Below, one piece after another: positions 24,323 to 35,404 of a DNA stretch of 64,000 bases. Source of the DNA: Pseudomonadota bacterium (lineage in GTDB: Bacteria; Pseudomonadota; Gammaproteobacteria; Burkholderiales; Burkholderiaceae_C); assembly GCA_018241325.1 (NCBI GenBank), contig JAFEEB010000021.1, positions 45,292 to 109,291 on the forward strand, written 5' to 3'. The notes beneath the pieces are model-generated. The model was not told where the DNA came from, made no database searches, and worked only from the letters and a program-made list of their open reading frames with translations. The number at the start of each line of letters is the position of its first letter. Position 1 is the stretch's first letter. Both the position numbers and the translations under genes were made by a program.

Positions 24323-25330
24323 ATGCTTTTCCTTGAAGCCATGCAGACCGTCATGCAATCCAATCTGAACCTTTCTCGCAGGCGGTGTCTGGCGCTGTCC
24401 GTCAGCCTGCTGGCGACTGGCGTGTCGGCGCAAACCCTGCCCAACAAGCCGATCAAGATCATCGTCGGCTACTCGGCGGGCGGCGCGGTGGACACGGTGG
24501 CGCGCACCGTGGGGCAAGCCATCGCCGCCAGCCTGGGCCAGCCCGTGATTGTCGAAAACAAGCCCGGTGCCGGCAGCAACATTGCGGTCAAGGCCACCAT
24601 CGATGCGCCGCCCGACGGCTTGACGCTGATGATGGCGGCGAATGCGCTCGCCGCCAATCCGGCCCTGTATCAGCCGGCACCCTTCGATCCCGAGCGCGAC
24701 CTGACGCCGGTATCGCTCATCGGTCGCGTTCCAGTCGTCATCGCGGCCAATGCGGGCGCGCCCTATGCGAACATCAAGCAACTCATCGAGGCCGCCAAGG
24801 CCAAGCCTGGCGCGATTGCCTTTGCCAGCCCTGGCAATGGCTCCACGCCGCACATGGCGGTGGAATTTTTCGAGCGTGCCGCCGGCATCAAGCTGCAGCA
24901 CGTACCCTACCGTGGTGGCGCGCAGGCCCTGACCGACGTGATCGGCGGGCAACTGCCACTGGCGGCCATGAACGCGCTGGAGGTTCTGCCGCATGTCAAG
25001 AGCGGCAAGCTCAAGGTACTGGCTGTGCTCAGCCCCAACCGCACCGCCATCTTCCCCGACACGCCCACCATCGCTGAATCGGGCTACCCGGGCTTTGAGG
25101 CCTCGGTCTGGTACGGCCTGGTGGCGCCAGCACGAACGCCCAAGGCCATCGTGGTGCACTTGCACGCCGAGGTGCAAAGAGCCCTGCAGACCCCGGCGGT
25201 GCGTGAGCGCATGGCGGCGGTGGGCGGCGAGGTGTTGCCCGGCAGCGTCGAGATGTTCGCCACGCTGATTCGCACCGAGCGCCAGCGCTATGAAACGCTG
25301 GTGCGCGAAGCCAACATCAAGCCCGACTGA
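24323..25330 (+). CDS. Bug-family (TctC-like) tripartite tricarboxylate transporter substrate-binding protein
   Basis: Tat-like leader SRRRCLALSVSLLATGVSAQ, then KPIKIIVGYSAGGAVDTVAR and ASPGNGSTPHMA Bug signatures. The start could be ATG 24341 or 24353 instead. Confidence 0.85.
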   Translation: MLFLEAMQTVMQSNLNLSRRRCLALSVSLLATGVSAQTLPNKPIKIIVGYSAGGAVDTVARTVGQAIAASLGQPVIVENKPGAGSNIAVKATIDAPPDGLTLMMAANALAANPALYQPAPFDPERDLTPVSLIGRVPVVIAANAGAPYANIKQLIEAAKAKPGAIAFASPGNGSTPHMAVEFFERAAGIKLQHVPYRGGAQALTDVIGGQLPLAAMNALEVLPHVKSGKLKVLAVLSPNRTAIFPDTPTIAESGYPGFEASVWYGLVAPARTPKAIVVHLHAEVQRALQTPAVRERMAAVGGEVLPGSVEMFATLIRTERQRYETLVREANIKPD

Positions 25331-25356
25331 TGCTGTCTTTTGCCTGAGAGAACACC

Positions 25357-27661
<2,305 letters not shown>

Positions 27662-27670
27662 TCGTGCCGC

Positions 27671-27708
27671 AATCGGCGCCAGAAAGGCGCCGGCAGCTAT
27701 CATAAAAG
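27671..27708 (+). repeat. Family-1 intergenic repeat, short copy (ligAB|ligC)
   Basis: AATCGGCGCCagaaaGGCGCCGGCAGCTATCATAAAAG: the same head, a GGCGCC/GGCGCC hairpin, and an AGCTATCA tail that merges into the ligC RBS. Confidence 0.6.
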
Positions 27709-27715
27709 GAGTGAC

Positions 27716-28672
27716 ATGAGCAAGACCATCAACGTGGCCCTGGCCGGCGCCGGCGCCTTCGGCATCAAGCATCTGGACGGCATCCGCAACATCGACGGCG
27801 TCAAGGTGGTTTCGCTCGTCAGTCGCGACCTGGACAAGACGCGGGAAGTCGCCGGCAAGTACGGCATCGGCCACGTCACGACCGAGCTGGCCGAAAGCCT
27901 GGCGCTGCCCGGGCTGGACGCCGTCATCCTGTGCACGCCCACGCAGATGCACGCCGCGCAAGGCATCCAGTGCCTGAAGGCCGGCAAGCACGTGCAGGTC
28001 GAGATTCCGCTGGCCGACTCTCTGAAGGAAGCGCGGGCGGTGGTCGATCTCCAAAGGCAGACCGGCCTGGTGGCCATGTGCGGCCACACGCGCCGCTTCA
28101 ATCCCAGCCATCAATACGTGCACAAGAAGATCGTGGCGGGCCAGTTCCGCATCCAGCAGATGGACGTGCAGACCTATTTTTTCCGCCGCACCAACATGAA
28201 CGCGCTGGGCCAGGCGCGTTCATGGACCGACCACCTGCTGTGGCACCACGCCGCCCATACGGTCGACCTGTTCGCGTACCAGGCGGGCTCGCCCGTCGTG
28301 CAGGCCAACGCGCTGCAGGGACCGATTCATCCCGAACTGGGGATCGCCATGGACATGAGCATTCAACTCAAGGCGGCCAACGGCGCCATTTGCACGCTCA
28401 GCCTGAGCTTCAACAACGATGGCCCGCTGGGCACCTTCTTTCGTTACATTGGCGATACCGCCACGTACATCGCACGCTACGACGACCTGGTGAACGGCAA
28501 GGAGGAGAAGATCGACGTGTCGAAGGTCGATGTGTCGATGAACGGCATCGAGCTGCAAGACCGCGAATTTTTTGCCGCCATCCGCGAGGGGCGCGAGCCC
28601 AACGCCAGCGTGGCGCAGGTGCTGCCCTGCTACGAGGTGCTGCACCGCCTGGAACAACAGCTGAACGCCTGA
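27716..28672 (+). CDS. ligC: 4-carboxy-2-hydroxymuconate-6-semialdehyde dehydrogenase (Gfo/Idh/MocA family)
   Basis: ALAGAGAFGIKHL Rossmann motif and EIPLADS... region, colinear with LigC/PmdC. 318 aa. Confidence 0.85.
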   Translation: MSKTINVALAGAGAFGIKHLDGIRNIDGVKVVSLVSRDLDKTREVAGKYGIGHVTTELAESLALPGLDAVILCTPTQMHAAQGIQCLKAGKHVQVEIPLADSLKEARAVVDLQRQTGLVAMCGHTRRFNPSHQYVHKKIVAGQFRIQQMDVQTYFFRRTNMNALGQARSWTDHLLWHHAAHTVDLFAYQAGSPVVQANALQGPIHPELGIAMDMSIQLKAANGAICTLSLSFNNDGPLGTFFRYIGDTATYIARYDDLVNGKEEKIDVSKVDVSMNGIELQDREFFAAIREGREPNASVAQVLPCYEVLHRLEQQLNA

Positions 28673-28729
28673 GAGGCAATTGCCCGTGCCTCAGAGCCCG
28701 CAACCGATCTTTCAACCGAGGAGCAACCC

Positions 28730-29905
28730 ATGTCACTGAACAAGACCCTGGCCGCCGCCGCACTGGCCTTTGGCGCCACGCTGGCCTTTGGCCCCGCGCA
28801 CGCGCAGGCCAAGGACCTGAAGATCGGCCTGGTGCTGTCGGTCTCCGGGCCGTTTGCCGACTACGGCAAGCAGATCCAGCACGGGATCGACCTGTACATG
28901 GCCGAGCACGGCGACACCGTGGCGGGCCGCAAGGTCAAGCTGATCGTCAAGGACGACACCGGCATGGCGCCGCAGATCGCCAAGCGCGAGGCGCAGCAGC
29001 TCTTGATCAACGACAAGGTGGACATCCTGGCCGGGTTCGACCTCACGCCCAACGCCTTCTCGGTGGCGCCGCTGGCCACCGAGGCGAAGGTGCCCATGGT
29101 GGTGATGAACGCGGCCACCGCCTCGGTCGTGGAAAAGTCGCCGTTCATCGTGCGCACCTCCATGACCATGCCGCAAAGCGCCTGGGCCATGGCGCAATGG
29201 GCCTGGGCCAACAAGGTCAAGAGCGCCTACATCGTGGTGGCCGACTACGGGCCCGGGCATGACTCGCAGGCGCAGTTCACCAAGACCTTCACCGGCCTGG
29301 GTGGCAAGATCGTCGGCGAGGTGCGCACGCCGGTGACCACCACCGACTACTCGCCCTTCTTGCAGCGCCTGAAGGACGCCAAGCCCGACGCGGCGTATTT
29401 CTTCGTGCCGCCCGGCAGTTCCATGGTCGCCTTGTCCAAGGGCTTTCGCGAGCTGGGCCTGGACAAGCTCGGCATCAAGGAAATGGGCCCTGGCGACATG
29501 ACCGACGAGAGTTCGCTGGCCGCCCTGGGCGATGCCGCCGTGGGCTTCATCACCGCCTTCCATTACTCCGACGCGCACGATTCGCCCGAGAACAAGGCCT
29601 TCACCGCCGCCTATGCCAAGGCCTTCCCCAAGGACCGTCCCAACTTCATGGCGGTGGGCGGCTACGACGGCATGCACCTGATCTACGAAGCGCTGAAAAA
29701 GACCAAGGGCGACGCCAGCGGCGACGCCTTCATCGCTGCCGCCAAGGGCCTGAAGTGGACCAGCCCGCGCGGCCCGGTGGAGATCGATGCGAAAACCCGC
29801 GACATCATCCAGAACGAGTACATCCGCAAGCTCGAGCGCGTGGACGGCATGCTCAAGAACGTCGAGTTCGACACCTTCAAGGCCGTCAACCCGCAAACGC
29901 CCTGA
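28730..29905 (+). CDS. ABC transporter substrate-binding protein, LivK/type-I PBP family (paralog 1)
   Basis: Signal peptide MSLNKTLAAAALAFGATLAFGPAHA, then KDLKIGLVLSVSGPFADYGKQ... About two thirds of positions look identical by eye to the ORF at 35401-36570. Confidence 0.88.
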   Translation: MSLNKTLAAAALAFGATLAFGPAHAQAKDLKIGLVLSVSGPFADYGKQIQHGIDLYMAEHGDTVAGRKVKLIVKDDTGMAPQIAKREAQQLLINDKVDILAGFDLTPNAFSVAPLATEAKVPMVVMNAATASVVEKSPFIVRTSMTMPQSAWAMAQWAWANKVKSAYIVVADYGPGHDSQAQFTKTFTGLGGKIVGEVRTPVTTTDYSPFLQRLKDAKPDAAYFFVPPGSSMVALSKGFRELGLDKLGIKEMGPGDMTDESSLAALGDAAVGFITAFHYSDAHDSPENKAFTAAYAKAFPKDRPNFMAVGGYDGMHLIYEALKKTKGDASGDAFIAAAKGLKWTSPRGPVEIDAKTRDIIQNEYIRKLERVDGMLKNVEFDTFKAVNPQTP

Positions 29906-29938
29906 TCGGCGCGGCATCCAGCGGTTCAGGGCCAAGCC

Positions 29939-30793
29939 ATGACGATCCTCTTTGACGGCATCGCCTACGGCATGCTGCTGTTCCTGATCAGCGTCGGGCT
30001 GTCGGTGACCCTGGGCTTGATGAACTTCGTCAACCTGGCGCACGGCGCCTTTGCCATGGTGGGCGGCTACGTCTGCGTGGTGCTGCTCAACAGCTACGGC
30101 GTGCCCTTTCTGGCCACCTTGCCCGTGGCCGTGGTGGTGCCGGCGCTTGTCGGCATGGTGCTGGAGCGCACGCTGTACCGGCGCCTGTATGCCGCCTCCG
30201 ATCTGGATCAGGTGCTGTTCTCGCTGGGCCTGGTGTTCATGGCGGTGGCGGGCGCGCACTACTTTTTTGGCGCACAGCAGCAGCCGCTGCACCTGCCGGC
30301 GTTCTTGCAAGGCCAGATCCACCTGCCGGGGCTCGATGTCGGCGTGTATCGCCTGTTCCTGATCGGGGTGGGTCTGGTGGTGGCCTTCGGCCTGCAATGG
30401 TCGGTGGTCAAGACGGCCTTTGGCGCGCGGCTGCGCGCGGCGGTGGACAACCAGCGCGTGGCACGCGGCATGGGCATTGACGTGGGCCGTGTGTTCAGCC
30501 TGACCTTTGCCCTGGGCTCGGCCCTGGCCGGCCTGGGCGGCGCGCTGGGGGTCGAGATGCTGGGGCTGGACCCGGAGTTTCCGGTCAAGTACCTGGTGTA
30601 TTTTTTGATCGTCGTCTCGGTGGGCGGCAGCGGCAACATCCTGGGCTCGCTCTACGCCGCCATCCTGCTGGGCGTGGCCGACGTGGTGGGCAAGTACTAC
30701 ATCCCGCAGATCGGCGCCTTCATCATCTACGCCGTCATGGTGGCCACGCTGATCCTGCGTCCCCACGGCCTGTTCGGTCGCCCCCACAAATGA
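29939..30793 (+). CDS. Branched-chain-amino-acid-type ABC permease (LivH-like)
   Basis: 284 aa, multi-pass hydrophobic protein with LivH-type motifs (NFVNLAHGAFAMVGGY, AVDNQRVARGMGI). Confidence 0.88.
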   Translation: MTILFDGIAYGMLLFLISVGLSVTLGLMNFVNLAHGAFAMVGGYVCVVLLNSYGVPFLATLPVAVVVPALVGMVLERTLYRRLYAASDLDQVLFSLGLVFMAVAGAHYFFGAQQQPLHLPAFLQGQIHLPGLDVGVYRLFLIGVGLVVAFGLQWSVVKTAFGARLRAAVDNQRVARGMGIDVGRVFSLTFALGSALAGLGGALGVEMLGLDPEFPVKYLVYFLIVVSVGGSGNILGSLYAAILLGVADVVGKYYIPQIGAFIIYAVMVATLILRPHGLFGRPHK

Positions 30794-30962
30794 ACCACCC
30801 CCAGTCTTCACTCGCTGCGCGATGTTGCGCCCACCCCCTTGCAGGGGGCATCGCCAGTGGCCGGGGAGACCCCGGCCACGGCGATCGCTGGCCTGGCCTG
30901 CTCCGCGGCCATTTGGTTCTTTGCGTTTCATCGGCTGCGGGTGGCGCGCAGCGCCATGGGTC
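30794..30962 (+). repeat. Family-2 structured repeat, copy 1 (between livH-like and livM-like permease genes)
   Basis: The core at about 30796-30916 aligns with 53772-53893 and partly with 55103-55143 (inverted). It contains CCCCC-ttgca-GGGGG and a perfect 10-bp hairpin GTGGCCGGGG-aga-CCCCGGCCAC. Confidence 0.8.
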
Positions 30963-30968
30963 ACTGAC

Positions 30969-32000
30969 ATGACGACATCCTCCCTGCACACAGCGGCGGC
31001 CGACCAGCTGACGCGCTTTCGGCGCTCGGCCCACTGGAAGCCGCTGGAATACGCCTTCTGGTGCCTGCCGGTGCTGGCCTACTTTGCCTTTCCGGGCAAC
31101 TACCTGCTGCTCAGCCAGATCGCCATCACGGCGCTGTTTGCGCTGTCGCTGGACTTGATCTTCGGCTATGCCGGCGTGATCTCGCTGGGCCACGCGGCCT
31201 TCTTCGGCATCGGCGCGTACACCGTGGGCCTGCTGGGCTCGCATGGTTGGGGCGATCCGCTGCTGGGCCTGTTGCTGGGCGCGGTGTTTGCCGGCCTCGT
31301 CGGCTTTCTCAGCAGCTTCCTGCTGCTGCGCGGCAGCGACCTGTCGCGCCTGATGGTGACGCTGGGCGTGGCGCTGATGATCTTCGAGCTGGCCAACAAG
31401 CTGACCAGCATCACCGGCGGGGTGGACGGCATGCCGGGCATCACGATCGGGCCCATCCTGGGCCGCTTCGACTTCGACATGATTGGCCGCACCGGCTACA
31501 TCTATTCCGTGATCGTGCTGTTCGTGCTGTTCTGGCTGGCGCGGCGCTTGGTGCATTCGCCCTTCGGCCAAAGCCTGCGCGGCATCCGCATGAACGCGCT
31601 GCGCATGCCGGCGCTGGGCGTGCCCGTCCATCGCCGGCTGGTGCAGGTCTACACCATCGGCGCGGCCTATGCGGGCGTGGCGGGCGCGCTGCTGGCGCAG
31701 ACCAACCAGTTCGTCTCGCTCGACGTGCTGAGCTTTCAGCGCTCGGCCGATCTGCTCTTGATCCTCATCCTGGGCGGTGCCGGGCACCTGTATGGCGGCC
31801 TGATCGGCGCTGCCCTGCTGGTGCTGCTGCACGCGGGGCTGTCGGACCTGAATCCGCAGTACTGGCAGTTCTGGCTGGGCCTGATCCTGGTGCTGCTGGT
31901 GCTGTTTGCGCGCGGCGGCATCCTAGGCACGGCGCAAAAGTGGATCGAGTCGCGTGGCCAGCGCAAGCAGGCACGCACGCGCGGGGAGGCTGCATCGTGA
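30969..32000 (+). CDS. Branched-chain-amino-acid-type ABC permease (LivM-like)
   Basis: MTTSSLHTAAADQL..., then the LivM-type membrane core (LSLDLIFGYAGVISLGHAAFFGIGAY). The longest ORF (30822) reads through repeat DNA and was trimmed to ATG 30969. Confidence 0.85.
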   Translation: MTTSSLHTAAADQLTRFRRSAHWKPLEYAFWCLPVLAYFAFPGNYLLLSQIAITALFALSLDLIFGYAGVISLGHAAFFGIGAYTVGLLGSHGWGDPLLGLLLGAVFAGLVGFLSSFLLLRGSDLSRLMVTLGVALMIFELANKLTSITGGVDGMPGITIGPILGRFDFDMIGRTGYIYSVIVLFVLFWLARRLVHSPFGQSLRGIRMNALRMPALGVPVHRRLVQVYTIGAAYAGVAGALLAQTNQFVSLDVLSFQRSADLLLILILGGAGHLYGGLIGAALLVLLHAGLSDLNPQYWQFWLGLILVLLVLFARGGILGTAQKWIESRGQRKQARTRGEAAS

Positions 32001-32749
32001 GCGCTGTTGTCTTGCAGACCCGCGACCTGGTGCGCAAATTCGGCGGGTTCATCGCCACCGACCACGTCAACCTGGCGGTCGAGGCCGGCGCGCGCCACGC
32101 CCTCATCGGGCCCAACGGCGCCGGCAAGACGACGCTGATCAACCTGCTGACCGGCTACCTGGAGCCCAGCGCCGGCCGCGTCGAGCTGCTGGGCGAGGAT
32201 GTGACCACCATGGCCCAGCACGAGCGCTGCCGCCGGGGGCTGGTGCGCACCTTCCAGATCAACCAGCTCTTTGCCGACATGACGGTGCTCGAATCGGTGG
32301 CCCTGGCCGTCAGCGAGCAAGCGGGCCTGGGCACGCATTGGTGGAAGCCGCTGGCCGGCCACGGCGAAGTGGTGGACCAGGCGGCTGCCATCCTGGATCG
32401 CCTGAAGCTGCTGCCCGACGCGTACGAGCGCACGCGCAATCTGGCCTACGGCCGTCAGCGCCTGATCGAGATCGCGCTGGCGCTGGCCATGCGCCCCAAG
32501 GTGCTGCTGCTGGACGAGCCCGCTGCTGGTGTGCCCACCGGCGAGAGCCGCGAGTTGTTCGAGACCATTGCCCAGCTGCCGCGCGAGGTCACGATCTTGC
32601 TGATCGAGCACGACATGAACCTGGTGTTCCGCTTTGCCGACCGCATTTCGGTGCTGGTGTCGGGAGCCGTCCTGGTCGAAGGCTCGCCCGACATGATCGC
32701 CCAGCACCCGCGGGTGAAAGAGGTTTATCTGGGGGAATCGCATGGCTGA
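31997..32749 (+). CDS. ABC transporter ATP-binding protein (LivG-like)
   Basis: GTG start overlapping the livM-like stop (GTGA). Walker A GPNGAGKTT, signature YGRQRLIEIA, Walker B LLLDEPAAG. Confidence 0.88.
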   Translation: MSAVVLQTRDLVRKFGGFIATDHVNLAVEAGARHALIGPNGAGKTTLINLLTGYLEPSAGRVELLGEDVTTMAQHERCRRGLVRTFQINQLFADMTVLESVALAVSEQAGLGTHWWKPLAGHGEVVDQAAAILDRLKLLPDAYERTRNLAYGRQRLIEIALALAMRPKVLLLDEPAAGVPTGESRELFETIAQLPREVTILLIEHDMNLVFRFADRISVLVSGAVLVEGSPDMIAQHPRVKEVYLGESHG

Positions 32750-33476
32750 ACTGCTGCGCATGGAGCGGGTGTGGGCCGGCTACGGCGACGCCATCATCCT
32801 GGAGGACATTTCCTTCAATCTGGCCGCCGGCGACAGCCTGGCCCTGCTGGGACGCAACGGCATGGGCAAGACCACGCTGCTGGCCACGCTGATGGGCGCC
32901 ACGCGGCTGCGGCGCGGGCAGATCCATTTCGAGGGCAAGGACCTCGCCGCGCTGCCCAGCCACCAGCGCGCGCGCGCCGGCCTGGGCTGGGTGCCGCAAG
33001 AGCGCGACATCTTCCGCTCGCTCACCGTGGAAGAAAACCTCACCGTCGTGGCGCGGCCCGGCGAATGGAGCCTGGCCAAGGTCTACGCCATGTTCCCCCG
33101 TTTGCAGGAGCGTCGCGCCAACCTGGGCAATCAGCTTTCGGGCGGCGAGCAGCAAATGCTGGCCATGGGTCGCGCGCTCATGCTCAACCCCAAGGTGCTG
33201 CTGCTGGACGAGCCGCTCGAAGGGCTGGCCCCCATCATCGTGCAGGAGCTGCTGCACATCATCGACCGCATGGTGAAGTCCGGCAGCATGGCCGTCATCC
33301 TGGTCGAGCAGCACGCGCGGCAAATCCTGCCCATCACGCGCCAGGCGCTGGTGCTGGAGCGCGGGCGCGTGGTGCATGCCGGCGCCAGCGACGCCCTGCT
33401 GCGCGACGACGCCGCGCTGGACGCCTGGCTGGGCGCCGGCGCCACCTCCGAACGCAAAGCAGAGGAAGTGCAGTGA
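32742..33476 (+). CDS. ABC transporter ATP-binding protein (LivF-like)
   Basis: Walker A GRNGMGKTT, signature LSGGEQQML, Walker B LLLDEPLEGLAP. It overlaps the livG-like 3' end by 8 nt. Confidence 0.88.
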   Translation: MAELLRMERVWAGYGDAIILEDISFNLAAGDSLALLGRNGMGKTTLLATLMGATRLRRGQIHFEGKDLAALPSHQRARAGLGWVPQERDIFRSLTVEENLTVVARPGEWSLAKVYAMFPRLQERRANLGNQLSGGEQQMLAMGRALMLNPKVLLLDEPLEGLAPIIVQELLHIIDRMVKSGSMAVILVEQHARQILPITRQALVLERGRVVHAGASDALLRDDAALDAWLGAGATSERKAEEVQ

Positions 33477-35404
33477 AGTTTCATCACCAGGGCTACGTGT
33501 CCGGCGACCCGCGCATCCAGCCCGCCCGGGGTTGCGGCCTCGACCGTCCCGCCGATCTGCCCGAGCAGGTGGACGTGCTGATCGTCGGTGCCGGGCCGGC
33601 GGGCATGATCGCCGCCGCTCAGCTCGCCCAGTTTCTGGACATCACGACCCGCATCGTCGATCGCCGCGCCGGCCGGCTGGAGGTGGGCCAGGCCGACGGC
33701 ATCCAGCCGCGCAGCGTGGAAACCTTTCAGGCCTTCGGCTTTGCCGACCGCATCGTGACCGAGGGCTGCCTGATCGTCGAGACCGCCTTCTGGAAACCCG
33801 ACCCGGCGGACTCCGCGCGCATCGTGCGCACCTCGCGCGTGCTGGAAGACCCCAACGGCGTCAGCGAGTTTCCGCACATCACCGTCAACCAGGCGCGTGT
33901 GCTGGACTACTTTGCCGAGGCCATGGCCAACGCGCCCACGCGCATGGCGCCGGACTGGGGCCTGGAGTTTCAGGGCCTGGAGGTCGCCGACGCCGGCGAA
34001 TACCCCGTCACGGTGACGCTGGCCCACGGCGACGGCCCCCGCAAAGGCCAGACCCGCCAGGTGCGCGCGCGCTATGTGGTGGGCGCCGACGGTGCGCACA
34101 GCCGCGTGCGGGCCGCCATTGGCTGCACGCCCACGGGCGACACGTCCAACCACGCCTGGGGCGTGATGGACGTGCTGGCCGTCACCGACTTTCCCGACAT
34201 CCGCGTCAAGTGCGCCATCCAGTCCGAGGGCGAGGGCAGCATCCTGCTCATTCCGCGCGAGGGCGGCCACATGGTGCGCTTTTACGTGGACCTGGGTGAC
34301 GTGGACCCGGCCGCGCGCGCCGCGGTGCGCCAGACCACGGTCGAGCAAACCATTGCCCGCGCGCAAAAAATCCTGCGCCCCTACACGCTGGACGTGCGCG
34401 AGGTGGCCTGGTACAGCGTGTACGAGGTGGGCCACCGCGTGTGCGATCGCTTCGACGACGTGCCGGCCGAGCAGGCGGGCACGCGCGCGCCGCGCGTGTT
34501 CATCGCCGGCGACGCCAGCCACACCCACAGCGCCAAGGCCGGCCAGGGCATGAACGTATCCATGCAAGACGGCTTCAACCTGGGCTGGAAGCTGGCCCAC
34601 GTGCTGCAAGGCCGCAGTCCCGCCAGCCTGCTGGCCACCTACTCGGCCGAGCGCCAGCGCATCGGCCAGGACATCATCGCCTTCGACAAGCGCTGGGCCT
34701 CCATCATGGCCAAGCCGCCGGCCCAGGCGCAGGACACCTCCGAGCTGGAGCAGGGCTATCTGCAAATCACCGAGTTCGCCCAAGGCTTCATGACGCAGTA
34801 CCCGCCTTCGATGATCACGGGCGATGCGCGGTACCAGGCCCTGGCCACCGGCTACCCCATCGGCAAACGCTTTCGTTCAAGCGTTGCCACGCGCGTGGCC
34901 GACGGCGCGATGCTGCACATCGGCCACGAGGCGCGCGCCGACGGGCGCTGGCGCCTGCTTGTGTTTGCCGATGCGGCGAGCGCCGGCGCCGACTCGGCGG
35001 TCAAGGCCCTGGCCGACTGGCTGAACGATTCGGCGCAATCGCCGGTGCATGGCTTCACGCCCGCAGGCCTTGACCCCAACGCGTGGTTCGACCTGAAAAT
35101 CATCTACCAGCAGCGCCACACCTCGGTCGACCTGGGGCAGGTGCCCAAGGTCTTTTTGCCGCGCATCGGCGCCCATGGGCTGATCGACTACGAGGGCGTG
35201 TTTGCCGCCACGCCCGGCAACGACATCTTCGAGGCGCGGTGCATCGACCGGCAGGGCGCCATCGTGCTGGTGCGCCCCGACCAATACGTGGCACACGTGC
35301 TGCCCCTGCTCGCCACCGATGCCCTGGGCGCCTTTGTCGCGGGCTTTGCCACGCCACAGCGCCAGCCCAGCCCTCATTGCGCCCTTCAAGGAGCTCCCAC
35401 ATGA
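33473..35404 (+). CDS. mobA: FAD-dependent aromatic hydroxylase, 3-hydroxybenzoate 4-monooxygenase (MobA)-like
   Basis: 643 aa with DVLIVGAGPAGM, GQADGIQPRSVETFQAFGF, RVFIAGDASHTHSAKAGQGMNVSMQDGFNLGWKLA, and a C-terminal thioredoxin-like domain (VLVRPDQYVAHVLP). It is colinear with Comamonas MobA as I remember it. GTG start overlaps the livF-like stop. Confidence 0.8.
   Translation: MKFHHQGYVSGDPRIQPARGCGLDRPADLPEQVDVLIVGAGPAGMIAAAQLAQFLDITTRIVDRRAGRLEVGQADGIQPRSVETFQAFGFADRIVTEGCLIVETAFWKPDPADSARIVRTSRVLEDPNGVSEFPHITVNQARVLDYFAEAMANAPTRMAPDWGLEFQGLEVADAGEYPVTVTLAHGDGPRKGQTRQVRARYVVGADGAHSRVRAAIGCTPTGDTSNHAWGVMDVLAVTDFPDIRVKCAIQSEGEGSILLIPREGGHMVRFYVDLGDVDPAARAAVRQTTVEQTIARAQKILRPYTLDVREVAWYSVYEVGHRVCDRFDDVPAEQAGTRAPRVFIAGDASHTHSAKAGQGMNVSMQDGFNLGWKLAHVLQGRSPASLLATYSAERQRIGQDIIAFDKRWASIMAKPPAQAQDTSELEQGYLQITEFAQGFMTQYPPSMITGDARYQALATGYPIGKRFRSSVATRVADGAMLHIGHEARADGRWRLLVFADAASAGADSAVKALADWLNDSAQSPVHGFTPAGLDPNAWFDLKIIYQQRHTSVDLGQVPKVFLPRIGAHGLIDYEGVFAATPGNDIFEARCIDRQGAIVLVRPDQYVAHVLPLLATDALGAFVAGFATPQRQPSPHCALQGAPT

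Noticed and set aside
30790-30972. Small ORFs starting right after the upstream stop codons inside the family-2 repeats (30790-30972, 53766-53963, 55067-55312)
   Set aside because: The first 20 or so codons look similar (MNHPQSSLAARCCAHP versus MKHPRSPHAARGCANP). After that, indels put the shared DNA into different frames, and the third copy is inverted. Conservation is therefore at DNA/RNA level, not protein level.
28733-30991. 752-aa - strand ORF antisense to SBP1 and the livH-like gene; similar long antisense ORFs at 43187-44869, 49323-50807, 53531-54997 and 61637-63325
   Set aside because: All lie opposite strongly supported + strand genes and have low-complexity, GC-driven translations.
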